From Octopus sinensis (Eukaryota), in NCBI RefSeq assembly GCF_006345805.1, contig NC_043011.1, positions 55,440,464 through 55,504,463 of the forward strand: a stretch of DNA of 64,000 bases. Reading direction: 5' to 3'. Within the stretch, counting starts at the first letter, position 1, and the number at the start of each line of letters is the position of its first letter. Below the pieces are notes generated by a model that ran no database searches, had not been told where the DNA came from, and was given only the letters and a program-made list of their open reading frames with translations. Shown here piece by piece: positions 11,862-24,643 of the stretch. A program made the translations under genes and the position numbers.

Positions 11862-12010
11862 GGCGTTAGGAAGGGCATCCAGCTGTAGAAACACTGCTTG
11901 ATCAGACTGGGCTTGGTGCAGCCTCCTGGCTTCCCAGACCCCGGTCAAACCATCTAACCCATGCTAGCATGGAAAGCGGATGTTAAACGATGATGATGAT
12001 GATGATAATG
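11862..12010 (+). mobile_element. RTE LINE 3' UTR fragment
   Basis: GGCGTTAGGAAGGGCATCC...GTTAAACGATGATGAT. Confidence 0.75.
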
Positions 12011-12759
12011 AATTAATAGGTAAAAGTTGCTGCATTCTGATGTTGTTCAAACATTTATCATACTCAGCCAACGATAACCTCATTCTTTACTAAATACCAA
12101 CAGTAAGAATAATCCATCAAGCGATGAATGATATTGAAAGGGACAAAAATATTTATACAACTCTTTATACATCAAAAACACATTTTGACTTCAATACCAA
12201 TAGCCACTTCTATTGATTGGGGCTGCCTTCTTCCAAAGCATCTAAGCCACAGATTTTGATAAAATCACGGCCTGCTTCACTGCAAGGATGGAGCCATATC
12301 ACTTCAACCATGTCACTAGTTAATATTGTAGAGGAATTCCTGAAAGTCTTGAATATTCATTCGACATCCTCTATAATTATTTATAATGAAGAGATTCTCT
12401 GTGAGAAATCAATACTATACAAGTTGTTTTTCTCTGGATAAAAACATGTTTACACTTGTTCCAGTGATCAATCATAGATGTAAATCCAAACCATTGATGA
12501 CAAAAATTACAATCAAGAAATAAAACAAAAACCAGTGTCATAGTATACATGTGTTTTCAATGGCTCAGTTCACTCTCTGATGTTGTACTTGCTTAAAACA
12601 TTGTATAACTAGGAACAAAACAATACAACTCTCTCTCTCAAAATAACTACTAAAATACCAACAGTAATTTGAGCCAACAGAAAACAAATTTCTGACGTCA
12701 GTATTGATTACTAGTTTCATAATATATTGTTGATTTTGAACTTATCAAATTTTTCTGAC

Positions 12760-13400
12760 GAGATTGTTACTGCAGCTGGTGAATTTTCAAATTTGCTTTA
12801 GAGAAAGTGTGAAAGCGTTTTGTGATGTAATCAATATATTTACTAAGCTGATGGTTTATAAAGCAGTTGTTCACATGAATCTTTTTGTATGGATGTGAAA
12901 CCTGGATATTCCATTGCAAAGACAGAAATACTTCCATTAGACAAAAACTACAAACCATCATGTGCATATATTGGCAAGACTATATTACGAATATTGGCAG
13001 TGAGCTGGCAGAAACGTTAGCAGGCCAGGCGAAATGCTTAGCGGTATTTCGTCTGCCGTTACGTTCCGAGTTCAAATTCCGCCGAGGTCGACTTTGCCTT
13101 TCAGGGTCGATAAATTAAGTACCAGTTACGCACTGGCGTCGATCTAATCGACTTAGGCCCTTTGTCTGTTCTTGTTTGTCCTCTCTATGTTTAGCCCCTT
13201 GTGGGCAATAAAGAAATATATATTACAAATAACAAAATTCTTCATCAGACAAGATTCAACAGCATTGTTGCTGTAGTGGTGTAGCACCAGCCATGGGGGG
13301 TTGGTCACTTTCAATGAATTCTGTTGTGTTGACTACTGCAAATGCTTAGGAACAAAGAATTATTAGAAAGAGAATACTAAGAGAAGTCCATGGCAGTTAC
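12760..13400 (+). mobile_element. Degenerate RTE RT C-terminal fragment interrupted by a SINE
   Basis: TKLMVYKAVV...LYGCETW motif at 12840-12910. Confidence 0.6.
12996..13217 (+). mobile_element. SINE of the 8817 family
   Basis: Colinear with 8817-9050. Confidence 0.8.
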
Positions 13401-13649
13401 ACAAAAATCAAAGGAACATTCAAAAACTTTGATACGGATGTTGTTCTGTGATGGGTTGTTGTTGATGTCTTTGAATGTTTCACTGAAAATGGAAATACAT
13501 GATGTTGTTTGTTTCCAGTCTTTCATGGAAAATATGCCATGAAGAAATATTGCCTTGGAAACAAGGTGAGGGTTGATTACAAGAAGGACATCCAACTAGA
13601 AAAGATCTGCATCAACAAATTCTGTCTGATCCACGTGATCTTAGAAATT

Positions 13650-14460
13650 ATCATCAACATCATTTAACATCTGCTTTCCATGCTGGCATGGGTTGGATGG
13701 TTCTGAGAACCAGCAAGCCAGAAGGCTGCAACAGGCTCCAATTTGATTTGGCAAGGTTTCTACAGCTAGATGTCCTTCTTAATACCAACAACTCCAAGAG
13801 TTTTGTGGGTGCTTTTCACGTGCCACCAGCATGGTGCTGGCCAGGCAGCACTGGCATTGGTCATGCTTGAATGGGGCTTTTTAAGTGCCACTGCCATGGC
13901 TGTCAGTCAGGTGTCACTGCCATTGGCCACACTCAAATGGTGTCTTTTATGTACTACTGGCATGGGTGCCAATCAGGTGCAGCCATGTCTGCAATTTCAC
14001 TTGGCTCAACAAGTCTTCATAAACATGCCATATCACCCAACGATTGAAGGGTGCTTTAAACGAGCCAGTTATATGATAGTGGCATTGGCCACAACTACGA
14101 TCTCACTTGACTTGCTGAGTCTTCTCAATCATGGCTTATCTCCAAAGGTCTGTGAGGCCCAACGTTCGAAGGTTGTGCTTCACCACCTCATCCCATGTCT
14201 TCTTGGGTCTACCTCTTCCACAGGTTCCCTCTACCGTTAGGGTGTGACACTTCTTCACACACCTGTCCTCATCCATATGCATCATGACCATACCAGTGCA
14301 GTCGTCTCTCTTGCACTCTCCATCTGATGCTTCTTATGTCCAGCTTTTCTCCCAGGGCACTTACACTCTGTCGTCTATGCACACTGACATTACACATCCA
14401 GTGGAGCATACTGGTTTCATTTCTTTTAACCCAACGCAGCATACTAGCTTCATTTCTTAA
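13650..14460 (-). mobile_element. RTE LINE 3' end (RT C-terminus, 3' UTR, tail)
   Basis: ETSMLHWMC...QERRLHWYGH, GRGRPKKTWDEVVKH; continuous with the GAT-tailed UTR. Confidence 0.85.
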
Positions 14461-14465
14461 ATCAT

Positions 14466-14655
14466 GATGGCACGTAAAAAGCACCCACTACACTCTTGGA
14501 GTGGTTGGCGTTAGAAAGGGCATCCAGCTGTAGAAACTCTGCCAAATCAAGATTGGAGCCTGGTGCAGCCATCTGGTTCGCCAGCCCTCTGTCAAAATCG
14601 TCCAACCCATGCTAGCATGGAAAGCGGACGTTAAACGATGACGATGATGATAATA
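14466..14655 (+). mobile_element. RTE LINE 3' UTR fragment, inverted relative to neighbour
   Basis: GTGGTTGGCGTTAGAAAGGGCATCC...TTAAACGATGACGATGAT. Confidence 0.8.
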
Positions 14656-15207
14656 ATGAATGCAGGACTTAATGTTCAATGTCTAAGGAATAATTTGAGG
14701 GAAATTTGGTTGCTATTTCTAGAAAGTGAGTGACCTCATAGAAGTTCTCCCATTGGTGAGGCATCAGGAGTTGTTATTGTTCCTGTTTTGGCACTGAGCA
14801 GTTCTAAGAGCCAAGTCATTCCATCCATGCCCACCATTCAGGATAATAATGAATGCAGGACTATAATGTTCAATGTCTAAGGAATAATTTGAGGGAAATT
14901 TGTTGCTGGGTGAGGGCAAGTACACCAGCAGTTTCCCCTGCCATATGCTTCACTACAAACCTGCCAAAGTGTGGCTGATACTTTGAGTTTGCCCTTCTCG
15001 GCCTGATGTGCAGTGGAGCCTGGGCTGACAGTCGAACAACTAGGTTGCCACTAGAGAATGCCAGATGAGGAAACAGAAAAATTGTCATGCCAAATCCTAT
15101 AAAATATTATATTATCTCAGAACCCTATTAAATATCATATTATTAAATTATCAACTAATTTATGATGAATCTACAGGCAATCCTTTATATTTCTTAAATT
15201 TGGGGCT

Positions 15208-15505
15208 GATCTTTTCGCTTTGACCGGCAGATTTTTAAAATAATTTCTTTGTAACTAAAAAACTTTAAACTTTCTATACTGGTAGAATGTGTTACATAAA
15301 ACATCTTTTTCTCTTGGCTTTCTTGAGAAAATTCTGTAGTTTTGTAAGATATTTGTTGTTTAATTTCTTGCATTTCGGTAATTTCGACCAATCAAAGCCA
15401 AGAGAAAAAGATGTTTTATGTAACACATTCTACCAGTATACGAAGTTTAAGTGTTTAGTTACAAAGAAATTATTTTAAAAATATGCCGGTCAAAGCGAAA
15501 AGATC
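15208..15505. mobile_element. Foldback element with about 110-bp inverted arms (GATCTTTTCG termini)
   Basis: 15208-15320 is the reverse complement of 15394-15505; arm matches the right end of 22181-22595. Confidence 0.8.
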
Positions 15506-16213
15506 CTTAGGGGCCACTTTCTAATGCACTGTATTTGTTGAAATTTTTTAGCTTCATACTATATTACATATCCAGGTCTGCGTCATCTAATGTCTCCCCA
15601 CTAAAACAGTTGAGAGATTTGGTTGCTCTTTCTAGTAAGTCGAGTGACCCGTAAAGTATCCCACATTGCTTTACAGTGCCAAGAATTGATGAGGAAGAAT
15701 ATGATATTGTTAACAATGGTTCTTTGTTACCTCGGTGGAGTCGGGGTTAAGGTTTGAATCGAACAAGGATGAAAAGAAATTAAATGAAAAACTGAGGAAG
15801 TTGACAAAAGGAAAAATAAGAGAGAGAAGGGGAGGAGGAGGAAAGAAAGCAAAAAAAGAGGAGAAAAATTCGAAAGAGAGAGATACATAAACTAACGAGA
15901 GGGAAGGGAAGTGTGATAGTCGTAGTGTACTGCGAGAGAGAGAGAGAGAAAGAAAGAAGGACGAGGGGGAGGTAATACGCAAGAGAAATAGACAATGACA
16001 GAGGGAAGGGGGGGAGTAAAATGAAATCTCTTGTGTTAAGAGAAGCAGGAAGAAAGCCATGTTTAAGTCCTCTTATTTTGTGTTTGACCGCCAAAACGAG
16101 CTTAACGAGCTTCTTTGTTTTGGCGGCGATTTTCTACATAAACCAGTGGCAGCTGGTGTGGAAATTAGTTGAAAAGGGATTCTGGCTTTGAAAAGAGGAT
16201 TCCCCCTCAAGCT

Positions 16214-16214
16214 C

Positions 16215-16251
<37 letters not shown>

Positions 16252-16393
16252 ACGTGTGTGTGTGTGTGTGTGGTGTATGTATGTACGTATGCACGTATGT
16301 ATGTGTGTGTATGTATGTATGTACGTATGCACGTGTGTATGTATGTGTGTGTGTATGTATGTACGTATGTATGTGTGTGTGTATGTATGTATA
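16214..16393. repeat. Compound (GT)n/(ATGT)n microsatellite
   Basis: Direct inspection. Confidence 0.9.
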
Positions 16394-16544
16394 TTAGGTT
16401 CATTATTCATTCGGCGAAAGTGTACACACTGAAGAAATTGCATCCAATTAAAAAGCAAAAATATATATTGAAATGTTTTTTTGTCGAATAGAAATTTTTT
16501 TATGGAGATAAAGAAAGGAAAAAGTGACAGAAACTGCAGATTTT

Positions 16545-16845
16545 GGTACGACTAGCGAACAGTGGTCCCTGTGCTCACACACGCGCATCCGCACTAGCTA
16601 GTCGTAAGTAGTCGATCCTACAACGACTACCTAGCAAAGTAAATAAAACAAAATAAATAATTTTTTTTGCACAAAGTAAATAATTTTTGTTAAACAAAGT
16701 AAATAAAACACAAAAACACAAAGTAAATAATTTTTTAAACAAAGTAAATAACACAAAAACACAAAGTAAGGATCAACTAGTCATGACATGCTGGCACGGA
16801 TGCGAGAGTACGCAAGAGCGCGCACCACTGTTCTCAAGTAGTACC
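16545..16845. mobile_element. MITE with GGTAC termini and 8-bp TSD (Merlin-like)
   Basis: GGTACGACTAGCGAACAGTGG / CCACTGTTCTCAAGTAGTACC; TSD CAGATTTT at 16537-16544 and 16846-16853. Confidence 0.8.
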
Positions 16846-18134
16846 CAGATTTTTATATTATGTATCAGTACAATTGAGTTTGGCCTCCGCTGAGTTTGGG
16901 TTCAAATCCTATCCAGTTTCCCTCACTCTTTCTTGCGATTAAAATCAATAAATAAGTATCAATATTCAATTAATCGATTATTCTCCACTTTTTGTTCCAC
17001 ACAAAAAGGGGTCTTTTTTTTCATTTCTTTTCTTTTTTGAGAAGCAATCCTCTGTAATTTGAGTCTGATGATCTCATCTGGTTTTAACATTGCATTTCAA
17101 TTTCGCTGTTGATGTGTGTGTGTGTGTGTGTAACAAGAGGAAGTTGGAAAACTTTTGGGTATTCACCATTACATGTCTTTCATTTGCTAATAGGAATTAC
17201 ATAGTTTTACATGTTAGATAAACAGCAGATGTGCTACAACAGGACACTACATCTACACAATGTGTGTATGCGCGCATGTAGGTATAAGTGAAACAAATAT
17301 ACTGATCATTTAGTGCCGCTCTCTGTTCTAATAAACCTAGTAGAAACCCTTCTCCATAGTCTTGGATATTCAACCAAAGGTATTAGTCTCCATGTCAACT
17401 TAGAGACAAAATGGAACAATCAAAACATAATGTGGCACACCTCTCAGCTGTGTTGAAGAATTTACTTATCTTGGTTGTAAAATCTCTAGGTGGAAGGTGG
17501 GAAGATAATGAGTGGAGAGGGGTAAGCAGCAGGAGTATGGGAGAAGAGGGCAAAAAAAGGGGAACTGAGTAGCACAAGAAGAGACAGGCCTCATGCATGG
17601 GAGATGAAGATGACTCATTACATAGGTAAAAATACATATATGCATATACATATTAGAGGGAAACCACTATGTGGACACCCTTATGCTAGAAATAGATCCG
17701 CTGTGGTCTTACCACTAAGAAATATTCTCAAGAAAAATTTAGCAAAACAACCAAAACGTAATCGAGCAAGACAAAAGAAAAAGCAATAAAAATATGGATT
17801 ATTCGCATACATGTTTCACTATTAACATATTACGTAATTTTACTTACATAAATGTCCGTAGATCATTGGTGCGACCGTCCAGATGAATATAATTTGCAGG
17901 ACTGCATACTAGGACGTCCGCACAAAGTCAGACCTGTAAACAGTTCTACCCATTACACTCGTGGTTACTATTTCAAATGTCCTCGTTTTGGTGCGCTAAA
18001 TTACCAGAAAAACTGATGCTGCAGATAATACTTTACTGCAGTGGCCTTTGCCGGTTAGAGAACATATTAATTTAATTTTAAAATGAGGGTTAATTAAATT
18101 AATATATAATTTCTCACCCTCATTTTAAATTTAA

Positions 18135-18173
<39 letters not shown>

Positions 18174-18617
18174 GCTTTAACTAGAATGACAAATAACACA
18201 AATATGAGTATGTGAAACAAAACAACAACAATCCACATTTCCATTCCACAAGCATCATGCTTGATCTCTGCACAAAGGCTGGCCACCTTGGAAAAAATAA
18301 TGTCAGCATCAGTTTTTGGAGACAATCTGATATCACAATCAATTCAGTAGGGATCAATTCATATACTGGAACATAGAATGAATATATCCAAGAAGAATTA
18401 CATAATGGAAACGACTGTTGGCTTTCTGTATGATGTAATCCTGTTCTTGCGTCAGTCATTAGACTGTGGCCACGCTGGGGCAGCACTGCCTTGAAGAATT
18501 TTAGTCAAAGAAATCAATGCCAGGACTTCTTTTAAAACCTGGTACTTATTCTATTGGTCTCTTTTGCTGATTTGCTATGGTTCTGATGTGGAAGTCGGGA
18601 ACACATACACACACATA

Positions 18618-18994
18618 GGCGCAGGAGTGGCTGAGTGGTAAGTAGCTTGCTTACCAACCACATGGCTTTGGGTTCAGTCCCACTGCATGGCACCTTGGAC
18701 AAGTGTCTTCTACTATAACCTCAGGCCGACCAAAGCCTTGTGAGTAGATTTGGTAGACGGAAACTGAAAGAAGTCCATCGTATATATTTGTGTGTGTGTG
18801 TTTGTCCCCACCACCATTGTTTGACAACCGATGTTGGTGTGTTTATGTCCCTGTAACCTAGTGGTTCAGCAAAAGAGACCGATAGAATAAGTACAGTACT
18901 AGGCTTACAAAGAATAAGTCCTAGGGTCGACTCGTTTGACTAAAGGCAGTGCTCAAGCATGGCCACCATCAAATGACTGAAACGAGTAAAAGAA
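18618..18994 (+). mobile_element. OR-like SINE, full length
   Basis: Colinear with 8187-8566. Confidence 0.85.
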
Positions 18995-19249
18995 TGAAAA
19001 TATATACGATGGCAGCAAGATTTTGTTTGCATGCAGTGAATGGATGCTTGATACAGCACAATCACACTGAAATCCCGCAATCAAACACTTCTACCATTGT
19101 TGCTGGACGCTTTTTCTCATTTCTGCTTCTTAGAGATGACACTTGTATGAGAAGATTTCTGAAGGTGAACACCTCAGTATTTCGGCATTCTAACAATACT
19201 TCTAAGTTAAGTGGGATATAAAGATTCACACACACACACACATATATAT

Positions 19250-20214
19250 ATTGTAACCCCATTAATGAAAAACTCTTTTGGTTTTGAAAAGAACTCTGAA
19301 AGGTCAGTTTCAACTTTCTTGGTTGTTTCAAGAGTAAACCCATCCAAATGATTCTGTAAACTACAAAACAAATGGTAATCTAAAGGAGTAAGGTCTGGGG
19401 AATAAGGCAGATGGACAATTTTCTCCCAATCAAGTTCCTCGATCCTCTGTGATCTTTGCAGTGTGGGGGTCTTACATTGTCCTGATGAAACACCATTCCT
19501 TTTTGATTCACTAAAGCAGGCTGTTTTTCCTTCAAAGCAGCATTCAAATGTTCTAATTTTCTGACAGTAGATTTGAGCATTGCTTGTTGCATAAGTTGGT
19601 AGCAACTTAAGTGGATGCCTCCTTTACAATCCCAACAAACAGAGAGAAGAACCTTCTTTGCATGGAGTTCCATTTTTGGTTGTGGCTAAGCCTTTTTCCC
19701 TTCACCAAGCCAATGTTTATGATGCTTAACATTTTGATGAGAGACCCATTTTTCATCACTGGTCACCAGTCTATCCAAAAGAAGGGTGAGATGAGTTCAT
19801 GAGAATGAAGACAAGAGCAGATATTTATTTGGGATTTGCAGTTGGCTTCAGACAAATCATGAGGCACCCATTTTCTGAGTTTTGGGATCTGTCCAAGCTG
19901 TAGAAGATGGCAGTGGACAGTTGTATGGCTGGAACGGAGCTTGCTTACCATTCTTCAACTGAAACTGCATCATCTTTTTCAAGTTCTGCCAAAAGAAGCT
20001 TGTCATCAAACTCAATTGGATGTCCTGTTCAAGCCTCATCTTCAAGGTTGAAATCTCCACTTCTGAATTTTACAAACCATTTTCTGCAAGTTCTTTCATT
20101 CAGGCACTCTTCCTCATCAGCTGAGTGAATGTTTCAAGTTGCTTCAGCTGCAGAGTTCCCTTTTCTGAACTCATAAAGCATTATGTGCCCCAAATGCTCT
20201 TCAGACACTTCCAT
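19250..20214 (-). mobile_element. Mariner transposase pseudogene, near full length and frameshifted
   Basis: MEVSEEHLGHIMLYEFRKG, WVPHDLSE, KKVLLSVCWD, HQDNVRP, HLPYSPDLTPLDYHLF spread over several frames. Confidence 0.9.
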
Positions 20215-20559
20215 GTTTGAAGAGCTATATTTTGTGAAATTTCAATTAAATTATCCTGCAAAATGAAATCTGATTAGTTTAAATATGTCCAAATACATAT
20301 AAATATTACTTGATGCCATTAGATATTCTAAAATTCTGTTAAAGCATTTACAAATTGAAAATACAGAAGTCCAGGCATTATTTGTGCAATGATCTGACAG
20401 AAATGTGAGCCATTATTCCAGTTTTATTTCAAGATTTCTTGCCAATAGAGAAAGAGCTGGTATCTTAGATCCATACGTATGTATGTATGCCTCTTCTATT
20501 TTTTAATTATTATAATTCTTCCATTGAGGAAAGGGGCCAGTTTCCAACAAAGATACAAG

Positions 20560-21010
20560 GCTCCATTTTTGGGATGTAGTTAACACAGACAAATTCACAT
20601 TTGGAACTTGAGAAAAGTCTTGCATATTTTTACTGTTCCACTCACAGATTGGACTTGTCATGTACAAATCTTTCTGAAAATCTCAGTTTATCCAAATTCT
20701 TCTTTAAGCATTTACTAACAAAACCTAGTGCCCCAATTATTATTGGTATGAATATGAATTCATAGTCTGGATATAGAAGCTGGAGGTTTCGAAGCAGTTG
20801 TCCATAGATATCCTCTTTTTCTTTGATTTTCAAAGAGGTATTTATATTTATCTCTGCAGGGCAACTAACCTCTATGATGGTATATACCCTTGCCCTTCTG
20901 CCCCAGGCAACAATATCCAGCCTGTTATGCTTACATTTAACAGAAGTTTTGATGGGAATATTCCACCAGTATTCCTTGAGTTGGTCTTTATGAATGTATT
21001 CCATAACAGA
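20560..21010 (-). mobile_element. RLE-type (R2/R4-like) non-LTR retrotransposon endonuclease fragment
   Basis: ORF 20642-21004 HNRLDIV...IIEVSCP...KEKEDIYGQL...PIIIGALG matches the PD-(D/E)xK restriction-like endonuclease C-terminus. Confidence 0.8.
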
Positions 21011-22180
21011 GGAATTTTATTTATGTATGTATGTATGTGCATGCACGTGTATGTATTATATAACTAGATATAAAAATGAAACAACTCAACAAAGCTTTGT
21101 CGTGTAACCTGTTAACAAAAATAGCAACCGAATCTCTTTTAAACCACACCCAAACTCTCCACAATACATAAAAACTACAACAGAGTATAGAAAATACGTG
21201 GCATGATTGCCTGATTGTTTTTACGTGTGATTATTGTTGAATTTCTCGGTAGATTTCACATCTAAGATATCGAAATCTTTTTCACTACCCAGTAATTCAG
21301 ATTTCACTTGCAGGCCTTCCTTAACCGAAAATGCATGCTTTACGAATCCACCCAACGCTTCTAAGTTGTATTTAGGAGACTGAATTTGTGTAAGAAGTGC
21401 TTGGGTGGTTCCATTACGGCACTATGAATATAATTTAAGGGGTGCGGATACCCCTCAAAGGTCATTATGCGTTTACTGATTAGCCAGCACACCTCATTTT
21501 CTTATTGTTTGTTTTTGTAAATTGTTTCTTTTTTTTTCTTTCACAGAATTATTACAAATTAAAGAAAGTTATTAAATTTCATTACAATGAAGATTTAACT
21601 AGGAGCCAATGAGGCAAAGAAATCTCTTCATGGTTCCTTGATAGGCTAGAAAGAGCAGCCAAATCTCCTTTATATCACACCCTACCATCTTATTAAAAGG
21701 ATGGCACACTGGACAATGTAATTCTAGGTACACTAAGACTGCAAAAAAAGTAGATGATGCATTCATGCCTTGTATGCCTTTCATCATGGTTCTGTTCCAT
21801 CATATTCATCAAGTCCATAATGGATTATTTCTAGGAGGAATTAACGACCGATTCTACAACAGTCAAGAATCCATCAATAAACTGACTGCTGTCTTCGAAA
21901 CAGTTGCCACATTCTAAGCCTGAAATTTCCATGGTTGCTTGACCCATTAAAAATAGCAACAAAATGCCTCTCAGCCTACACCTGATCTTGTTGAAGGAAA
22001 ACGCATTGGATATTGTAGTGCTGAATATGTTTAATCTGAAAAAGAGATAATTACGGCTGGATCGCTTATGATCCAAGGTCTTCTGGATCACAGATGTCCT
22101 GGGGCTAAACTGCAACATTCTAAATCTTATGTTAGTCTGACCTATTTTAAAAGTATTACAAGAATCTTTTCGGATTACTA

Positions 22181-22595
22181 GATCTTTTCGGTTTGAACGG
22201 CAGTTTTTTCTAGCGGTGTCATATGAAATTGTCACCCATAATTATGACCCTAGTATCGATCTATTGCTTTTCAATCTGTTTTAGGGTTAGGGGTGAGGGG
22301 AAGGGTATCTTTTTTTTCTTCACAAATATAAATAAACCCAATATGTTTCTTAAACGAGGGACATATTCATACGGCACAGAATGTTTGTTTTTTTACCTCA
22401 ATAGACGTCATTGATTGGTTGAAATTGCAGAAATTGAAGACAAAAAACAACAAATAGCTTACAAACCATAGAATTTTCTCAATAAAGCCAAGAGAAAAAG
22501 GTGTTTTATAAACACATTCTACCAGTATACGAAGTTTAAATTTTTTTAGTTACCTAGAAAGTATGTTAAAAACTGCCGTTCAAACCGAAAAGATT
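22181..22595. mobile_element. MITE with GATCTTTTCGGTTTGAACGGCAGTTTT TIRs, superfamily unassigned
   Basis: Inverted AAAACTGCCGTTCAAACCGAAAAGAT at 22569-22594. Confidence 0.75.
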
Positions 22596-22601
22596 CGGGC
22601 G

Positions 22602-23013
22602 ATCTTTCGTCTCTAGTAGACCTTTCCGTCGATTTCCGTAAAAAAATATTTTTTTTTACATATGGGCTTGCGAGAACTTTTGAAGTAATATACATACATA
22701 TACACATACACCGAGTAAAAAAATTCAGTTATCTCTTTCTTTCACACATTACTCTGTCTCTTCACACATACTAACAGAAGCACTTCACTTACACAACATA
22801 CTGTCTGTCTCCCACACCCCATCAAACACACACACATACATGTACATCAATGCTTCCCATGCACGGTAACTTAAAAAGAACTTCCCTCGTCATAAAATCG
22901 CTTTCTCTTAGTCTCTTTCGCTCTCATTACTTCAAAAGTTCCCGCAAGCCCATATGTAAAAAAAAAAAAATTTTTACGGAAATCGACGGAAAGGTCTACT
23001 AGAGACGAAAGAT
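22602..23013. mobile_element. MITE with about 90-bp TIRs (ATCTTTCGTCTCTAGTAGACC), superfamily unassigned
   Basis: 22602-22688 is the reverse complement of about 22926-23013. Confidence 0.8.
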
Positions 23014-24643
23014 TGTCAAGATTCGGTTTGAAAAGATACTAAATTGTCATTTTATGAAGGAAAAACAACCAACAAAATATAATCTCAAATTAATAATTAT
23101 TCCTTCATGTCTACATTCAAACGTTATAAATTCGACTTTAGATTTTTATTTTGACTGTTATTTTTTAGTAAATCGAGTAATATTTGCGAATTATATTCCA
23201 ATGCACCAAAAGTAGTAATTTCTTGGGATGTTTAAGTTTTAAGAAACATAAAGAAAAACAATTTGGGAAGAATTTTGTTCCGAAATGGTTTCAGTTTCGT
23301 CATTCTTTTGAAATTTTTTTCCGATTAATAATAATAATAATCATAATAATTGTGTACAGTGCTCAGGTGCACTACAACTCATCTAAAGTGTATATATATA
23401 ATCAGGTGTAGTTTCGGCGGATTTCAGAAAGCATGAGGGCCTTAAAGGATGCAGTGTCATGTTTTAAATATTTGAGATTATGAATCTTCAAAAATAGGCA
23501 GAACTTTTTAAAAGTAAAATAATAAAAACAAAGTCTTCAAAATTGAAAAAATTACGGTTTAAAGTGGGAATCAACCAAATTCTGACCCCGGAATTTACGA
23601 TGCTTAAAACCTAATCGTCCAAAGAAATGAGTTTTTGGCGCATTTGTATAATTTCAGACTATTCTACAGGAACAACCTCCAAATGCATAAAGTTTGTTAG
23701 TTTGGTTGTTGTTGTTATTATTGTTTGGAGTTTGTATTTAAGTTTGAAACAAATCCTAAACACAGCTACACTCCTTTTAATTTCCCGAAAATAATTTGTA
23801 GTTTAATCGAAGTAAACTTCTCTTAACTCATATCAAGATAGCTTTAAGAATTAAATGTTGATGTTGTCGATGATGATGATGTCCAGTCCCAAATCAACCC
23901 CGATTCAATGTTCGATTCCAATCAATTTATTTCAGCCACAGACTTCCATCAGGGTGGAGATAGAGATCAAATATTTGAAGACAGAGGATCAAATGAAAAA
24001 GGACCTTTTGTGCTTTTTTCGGAATTGAAATAAAAACAGCAAAATATTATATTAATGAAAAGGAAAACAGTGATTTTAATCTCTAGTTTTTTTTTTAGCA
24101 AACCCAGGAATAAAAGCTTCCCAACCGTGACCAAACTGATTTTTTAGGGATATTTACACGTCTTACCTAATTTATAACAAAAGAGTGTGATTTGAGAACA
24201 ATTCAGCTGCTATTTCTAGCATATCGAGCACCTGCCTGGAGGTTCATTTCGTTGATGTCTCTTAAATAATTGTTATGCCGCGATTATTTGAATTCGTAGT
24301 GAGTGGGAAATGTTTAGTCTCCCACTCAGCCAGGATCGAACAGTATGTCACAGCTGGGACCGTCCCGTTTATTATTTTTGACACACAGTATCTAAGACGA
24401 TATTATTCAATTATTTCCATCGATTAAAATTTTTATTTTATTTTAAAGATGACTGGGTGTGGCTGTTATTTCTAGTAGGTCGGGTGGCTGTGGGAAGCTT
24501 TCCTCGTTGGCTGTTTCTATGCCTGGGTTTCTGTATTTACATTTAAAGTTGGATAACATCCTAATTCCGAATACAAATTATACTCTGCTGAAATTACGGG
24601 TACTACTAGCGAACAGTTATAATTTCAATCAATTCGACATTAT

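Noticed and set aside
16073-16491. Many CV/HT/YI-repeat ORFs here and at 9439-9723 and 63174-63853
   Set aside because: Microsatellite translations
21598-22160. 134-aa minus ORF with IGQT (GIY-YIG-like) word
   Set aside because: Only one short motif, no other Penelope endonuclease residues, other frames full of stops; left unassigned
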